10,133 nt of DNA, taken from assembly GCA_036338695.1 (NCBI GenBank), contig JAYZBQ010000093.1, forward strand, positions 1-10,133. Direction: 5' to 3'. This DNA comes from Myxococcota bacterium. Its GTDB lineage: Bacteria > Myxococcota > UBA4151. Each line of letters opens with the position of its first letter. Position 1 is the first letter of the stretch. Positions 5,872 to 10,133 of this stretch are shown in pieces. The notes under the pieces were generated by a model. The model was not told the DNA's origin and did not search any database. It saw only the letters and a list, made by a program, of their open reading frames with translations. Made by a program: the position numbers and the translations under genes.

Positions 5872-6794
5872 CGCCGCTTGATCACGCTTTTGGGCGAGCT
5901 GGTAGGTAGAGGTCGACTGCTCGCTCTTGGAGCGACGCCTGGCCCAAACAACCGCAGCGCGTGCGACTTCCCTTTGAGCTCGAGCTCAACCGACCCCCAG
6001 CCTTGGTCACCGATCGCCTTATAGGCCTGCTCCGACATGAGCAACGACGAGACGCCTTTGGTCGCGGATTCAATGCGAGCCGCTACGTTGACCGAGTCGC
6101 CGATCGCCGTGAAGCTCACTTGGTCGGGGTGCCCGAGGTGACCGACGACCACGTCGCCATAATGGATCCCGACGCCGATCTCGAAGCGCTCGTCGAAGGT
6201 GCTCGAGAGGTACTCGTTGAAGTCGTCGAGGCGAGCTTGCATGGCGAGCGCTGCGCGGTAGGCGAGTACGGCAGGGTGCTCGTCGCCTTGGAGGCCGAAC
6301 AGCGCCATGATGCCGTCGCCCATGTATTTGTCGATCTGACCGTGGTGGGCGTGAATCGCCTCGCCCATGCTCAAGAAGTACCGGTTGAGGATGTGCACGA
6401 TGTCGTACGGTAAGTGACGCTCCGAGAAGCTCGTGAACGAGCGGATGTCGGAGAACAGGACCGCCAGCGGGCGCTCTTGCGCATCGTTGGATTGCTTGAG
6501 CAGCTGGTGATCGATTTGATCCTTGATGACCCGCCGCAGGCGCATCGGCTGGCTGGCTTGAAGCTGACACGAGAGCCGTACATGGCTCGGAAACCCCAAG
6601 CGATCAGCCAGCTTTTGTTCAGCCTCGTTTCGAGGAGGAACCTCACCATCAAGGACGACGACCCGACAGGTCGAGCAGCGGGCGTTGCCCTTGCAGATGT
6701 GCGTGACGCTGACGCCGTGGTCGAGCGCCTGCTGCAGCACGGTTTTTTCGAGCTCAACCGGGACCTGTTCGTCTTGATCAAAGACAATCGCCAT
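5778..6794 (-). CDS. [2Fe-2S] ferredoxin domain fused to a class III adenylate/guanylate cyclase (probably adenylate, class IIIb)
   Basis: CKGNARCSTC...RLSCQ provides four Cys ligands (6567-6695). Cyclase motifs are LFSDIRSFT, DKYMGDGIMALFG, FTAIGDSVNVAARIE and LKGK. A GGGAGG RBS at 6799-6804 favours the ATG at 6794 over 6833. Confidence 0.92.
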   Translation of the reverse strand: MAIVFDQDEQVPVELEKTVLQQALDHGVSVTHICKGNARCSTCRVVVLDGEVPPRNEAEQKLADRLGFPSHVRLSCQLQASQPMRLRRVIKDQIDHQLLKQSNDAQERPLAVLFSDIRSFTSFSERHLPYDIVHILNRYFLSMGEAIHAHHGQIDKYMGDGIMALFGLQGDEHPAVLAYRAALAMQARLDDFNEYLSSTFDERFEIGVGIHYGDVVVGHLGHPDQVSFTAIGDSVNVAARIESATKGVSSLLMSEQAYKAIGDQGWGSVELELKGKSHALRLFGPGVAPRASSRPLPTSSPKSVIKRRQNIGARVASGRLKASNIRIEATPKLAPDKN

Positions 6795-6863
6795 GCCGCC
6801 TCCCACGTGCCCACGGTATAGGTGGCAACGCATCGCTGCGCTAGAGTCGCTCGCTGCGTCCGC

Positions 6864-9242
6864 TCAGCGCATGAAAAGCACCTTGAGCTCAGCGACGTTG
6901 ACATCGTTCGATGGTCGGTCGCCACCGCCTCGGCCACCTCGATAGGCTCGGTAGTGATCGAGGTAGCTCATGTTGACACCGTCGCTGACCTCCACCGTGT
7001 AGGCGCGCCCAGCCTCGAGCGTCGCCGGCACCAAGCTGCTGTCACCCCAGTCACTCCAGCCGCTGCGGTGGGGCATCACGACGGCTCCCTCGGCGATCAC
7101 GGCGTTGCGCTCGTCGCGGACCGTTATGAGCTTGACCCCTGCGGTCACGCCGGTCTCGATGGAGCCGGCGCCGTTGCCGTACACGAGCTGTAAGAAATGT
7201 TCGCCCGTGTGGTTGGGCACCACGCGCATCGTCAGGGTGTGCTCCGGCGCACCCCAGAGGCTGTAGTGCCCGCGCCCGTGCTCGGTCGACCAGACGCCCC
7301 CGACCGAGGTGAAGTCTTGCGCGTAGACGCTCTGAATGCGCCCGTAGCCATCGCCCCACCAGCACTGCGGCTGACTCGGCAGCGACGGGAGCCGCAAGCG
7401 CGCCACCACGCTGTAACAGCCGGTCGTCGCGGCGCGGTCGCGCCAGGGTGACGTGGCGTTCTGTGCGACCTGAATTCCGTCTTTGTAGATCGTAAAGGTT
7501 GCGCCCTCCTCACCCTCAAACCGCAGCGTGACCGAGTCACCTGCGCCCTCGAGCGTCACCGAAGGGGCGCGCGCGCCGAAGAGGTCGCGCCAGTCCTCGC
7601 TCTCTATTCGGGTGATGGTACCGGCTGGGAGCCGCCCGTCGCCGATGCGCGCCTCGAACCCGCCGAGCGTCAGCACGGCGCCTTCTTCAAACCATTCGCC
7701 TGCTGGCAAGATCGGCGCCGCCGTGCGTACCCCATTTTCCGTGCGCAGGCCGAAGACGCCTTCGACCACTGCGCCGATGAAGCCAGCGACACTCCAGAGC
7801 TGTCGTTGTGAGTTGACGACCGGACCGGAGAACGCGCCGTCTTCAACCCAGTTGGCGCCGCTCGCGACCTCAAGGTTCTCCATGTTGGAGAGGTTGAGCG
7901 CGGCCCCGCGCACCAAACTGTTCAGCCCTGCGGAAAAGATCTCACCTTGCCCGGCGCGCCGCGCCGCAAGGACCGAGTAGGCGGTCACGAAGGGCCAGAT
8001 GGCGCGGTTGTGATAGATGGGTATCTGCTGTTGCTGAGGCCAGATCACCGGCGGTCCGTGGGCACCGAATGGGTAGGCTGTGAGCGCCTCCGGGTGCGTT
8101 CCCAGGTCGAGCACCGCTAGGCTCGTGGCGAGCAGGTCTTGCTGTTCGACCGGCGCTGGGTTGAGCGGGTTACCCGTAAAGCTGCGGTAGGTTGCGCCGT
8201 CGTAGAACACGGCGTCGATCCGCTCGGCGAGCGCTTGGCTACCGTGCGCCTCACCGGTCAGCTCCTCCAGCGAGCGCAGGAGGAAGAGGTGGTTCAGGTT
8301 GGTGCTGAGTGATTTGGACATCGCGATCTCGACGACGTTGCCCGCTGTGTACGCCGCGTAGGTCTGCTCGCGCCAGTCGAGGAAGCTGGTCTCGCCAAAG
8401 TACAGCCCGTCGCGGGCATCGTAGGCGTAGCGGCGATCCCATTGGGCGCTGTTGCGCATCGCCTCAACGGCTGCTGCGCGCAGCTCAGGGTGATCGATCT
8501 GCCGCAGCACGGCCATGGCGCCGCGAGCCCAGGTGACCCGGTCGGTCGAGACCGGCCAGCTCCCGCCGGTGCCTGTATCTTGAACGATCTGAAGACCGCC
8601 GCCCGCCTTAGGCCGTGAGAGCTTGAAAAGCAGCGAGTTGGCTGCTCGTTGAGGGTCGATCCAAGCCAGCCCGAGCTCCACCGCGTAGGCGATGTCGCGC
8701 GTCCAGACCCAGTTCCACAGCGCGCCCGTTTGGTAACATGAGCAGTCGATCACGCCGGTGAAGGCGTCGTCGCTGATCTGTTCCACCGCGTTCTGGCGTG
8801 CCTCTTCGACCGCCATCGCAAAGAGGGCGTCGGTCAGCAGCACCCCCGAGCGAAGGATCGGGTCGCCTTCACGCTCGTTGATGGTACGCTCGCTCGGCGC
8901 TTGGTCACGCTGGGTGTGGGTGCTGCTCAGCGTGTAGCTGCGCAGCCCGCCCTGCGCGGTCGCACGCACCGAGACCGTGTCGCCGTCAAACTGCCACGAG
9001 CCCTCGAGCGTCTGTGGACCGGCGTCCACGGGCGAGCTGGCGTCGGGTAACGCACCGCTATCGAGCGTCTGGCCAGCTTCTGCCCCATCGCTCGCGTCCG
9101 GCGGCAGCGAGGCGTCGAGCGGTGTCGCCGAGCCCGCATCAGCGGGTCGTTGACCCGCATCCGGAGGGGTGGGCGCCGATGAACAGGCGAACGTCAGGAG
9201 GGCGAGGGGGGTGATAGCTGCTGATTTCATGGCGGGATTCAT
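6864..9242 (-). CDS. Lipoprotein six-hairpin (alpha/alpha)6 glycoside hydrolase (amylo-alpha-1,6-glucosidase/GH63-like) with a putative C-terminal carbohydrate-binding module
   Basis: It has a lipobox LLTFA|C (Cys codon 9183-9185), a DA(G/S)-repeat linker, and motifs WVWTRD, QDTGTGGSWPVSTDR, GETSFLDWREQTY, YHNRAIWPFV and NSQRQLWSVAG. The C-terminal domain is beta-rich and Trp-containing (YGNG...WSDWGDS). The start is at 9242 or 9230. Confidence 0.78.
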   Translation of the reverse strand: MNPAMKSAAITPLALLTFACSSAPTPPDAGQRPADAGSATPLDASLPPDASDGAEAGQTLDSGALPDASSPVDAGPQTLEGSWQFDGDTVSVRATAQGGLRSYTLSSTHTQRDQAPSERTINEREGDPILRSGVLLTDALFAMAVEEARQNAVEQISDDAFTGVIDCSCYQTGALWNWVWTRDIAYAVELGLAWIDPQRAANSLLFKLSRPKAGGGLQIVQDTGTGGSWPVSTDRVTWARGAMAVLRQIDHPELRAAAVEAMRNSAQWDRRYAYDARDGLYFGETSFLDWREQTYAAYTAGNVVEIAMSKSLSTNLNHLFLLRSLEELTGEAHGSQALAERIDAVFYDGATYRSFTGNPLNPAPVEQQDLLATSLAVLDLGTHPEALTAYPFGAHGPPVIWPQQQQIPIYHNRAIWPFVTAYSVLAARRAGQGEIFSAGLNSLVRGAALNLSNMENLEVASGANWVEDGAFSGPVVNSQRQLWSVAGFIGAVVEGVFGLRTENGVRTAAPILPAGEWFEEGAVLTLGGFEARIGDGRLPAGTITRIESEDWRDLFGARAPSVTLEGAGDSVTLRFEGEEGATFTIYKDGIQVAQNATSPWRDRAATTGCYSVVARLRLPSLPSQPQCWWGDGYGRIQSVYAQDFTSVGGVWSTEHGRGHYSLWGAPEHTLTMRVVPNHTGEHFLQLVYGNGAGSIETGVTAGVKLITVRDERNAVIAEGAVVMPHRSGWSDWGDSSLVPATLEAGRAYTVEVSDGVNMSYLDHYRAYRGGRGGGDRPSNDVNVAELKVLFMR
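9018..9161 (-). repeat. Degenerate tandem peptide repeat: 8 x (D/E)(A/S)(G/S) units at 6-8 aa spacing in the lipoprotein tether
   Basis: DAGQRPA DAGSATPL DASLPP DASDGA EAGQTL DSGALP DASSPV DAG. Confidence 0.7.
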
Positions 9243-9332
9243 GCCTGAATGGTGGGGATAAGCAAGCGCTCGAGCGCCGCGCCCGATGAGGCGTTCAAGC
9301 TCCCAAAGGACCTTTGCTGTGCGACGCCCCCC

Positions 9333-10133
9333 TCAGTCGAGTTGGTTGATCCAGCGTGTCAGCAGGTCCTCGCCGTGGGCGTGGATGATCTCGGTCCCGA
9401 GCGCTGGCATCCGCTGCTGTGCGCGTTGCGCCGTGAAGCGCTGGATCAGCTCGCTCTGAGCCGCATTGCCCGGCTGAACGACCTGTTCAGAGACGCCTGA
9501 GCGATAGGCTGGCGCATCGCCTACGTTGGCGACCCCTGCCGCAGGGAGGCTGAAGTCGAAGTCCTCTTGAGGGTCGTAGCAGCGCGCGCCGCCGGATGCG
9601 GGGCGGTTGGTGTTGTGACAGTGGCTGCAGTTGGCGTGGAGGTAGCCGAGCGCTTCGGCGTCAACCGAGTTGGCGGGTAGCTCATGGAGCTCGGGCACCG
9701 CCTCAGGGAGAACTGTGGCCGCTTTAAGGTCGTTGATGGTGACGAATCCCTCGGGGGGTGTGTAGCCCAGTTGAACGGCGCTAAATCCGAGCGCACGGCT
9801 CGTGCGCCCGTCGTGGCAGCCCGAGCAAGACGCGGCGGAGGGGACGTCATGCGGCGTGCCGAGTTGGTTGTCACCGCCTTCGCTGAACAGCGTGGCGTCT
9901 CGTTGGTCTTGAGCCCAGAGGTAGGAGCTTGCGACCCACTCATCATCTCCTGCGCCGGTCTTCAACATCAGGCGTGTCTCGACGCGCACGCCGTCGCGCG
10001 TGAACTCTTTGAACAGCTTGGTCCCCGCCGGAAATCGCCACTCGTTCATGTCGCTCGTGTCGATCTGCTCACCCTCTGGGACAAAGATCCAGCGCCGCTT
10101 CGTTGCGCCGTCGGTCCACAGGGTGAATCGGGG
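9333..10133 (-). CDS. Diheme c-type cytochrome-like protein (SO2930-like family); 5' end lies outside the window
   Basis: The frame is open to the window edge (PRFTLWTDGATKRRWIFVPEGEQIDTSD precedes the track's Met). It contains WRFPAGTKLFKEF...VETRL, CxxCH motifs CSGCH (9813-9827) and CSHCH (9615-9629), and C-terminal RMPALG as a candidate axial Met. Confidence 0.78.
   Translation of the reverse strand, partial: PRFTLWTDGATKRRWIFVPEGEQIDTSDMNEWRFPAGTKLFKEFTRDGVRVETRLMLKTGAGDDEWVASSYLWAQDQRDATLFSEGGDNQLGTPHDVPSAASCSGCHDGRTSRALGFSAVQLGYTPPEGFVTINDLKAATVLPEAVPELHELPANSVDAEALGYLHANCSHCHNTNRPASGGARCYDPQEDFDFSLPAAGVANVGDAPAYRSGVSEQVVQPGNAAQSELIQRFTAQRAQQRMPALGTEIIHAHGEDLLTRWINQLD

Noticed and set aside
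5882..9946. Numerous short overlapping ORFs within the cyclase, glycosidase and cytochrome genes
   Set aside because: They are mostly Arg/Ala/Pro/Ser-rich or antisense shadow ORFs, as expected in high-GC DNA.
9333..10049. ATG at 10049 as the cytochrome start
   Set aside because: The frame stays open, with family-like sequence (LWTDGATKRRWI), to the window edge, and there is no signal peptide after this Met.
1..10133. CRISPR array, tRNA/rRNA, IS element, integrase or defence system
   Set aside because: No regularly spaced repeats, RNA-gene signatures, terminal inverted repeats, or transposase, recombinase or nuclease motifs were seen.

Overview
A GC-rich, probably myxobacterial or other deltaproteobacterial window with two parts. 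Positions ~1-5871 hold a transition-metal (probably zinc) acquisition cluster. Leftward genes are a His-tailed outer-membrane beta-barrel and a ZnuA/TroA-type binding protein that runs off the left edge and is missing from the ORF track. Rightward genes are a Fur-family (Zur-like) regulator, a MerC-family membrane protein with a 76-aa/21-His loop, a COG0523 GTPase, a secreted DUF6702-like protein and a HupE/UreJ-type permease. Four copies of one AT-rich operator occur, one before each likely transcription unit, with a 7-2-7 geometry rather than the classical Fur/Zur 7-1-7. Positions ~5778-10133 carry three minus-strand genes of apparently higher GC: a [2Fe-2S]-ferredoxin/class III cyclase fusion overlapping the HupE gene convergently by 94 bp, a lipoprotein six-hairpin glycoside hydrolase, and a partial diheme c-type cytochrome. 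No RNA genes, CRISPR arrays or mobile elements were seen. Family calls come from motif recognition only; no database search was run.
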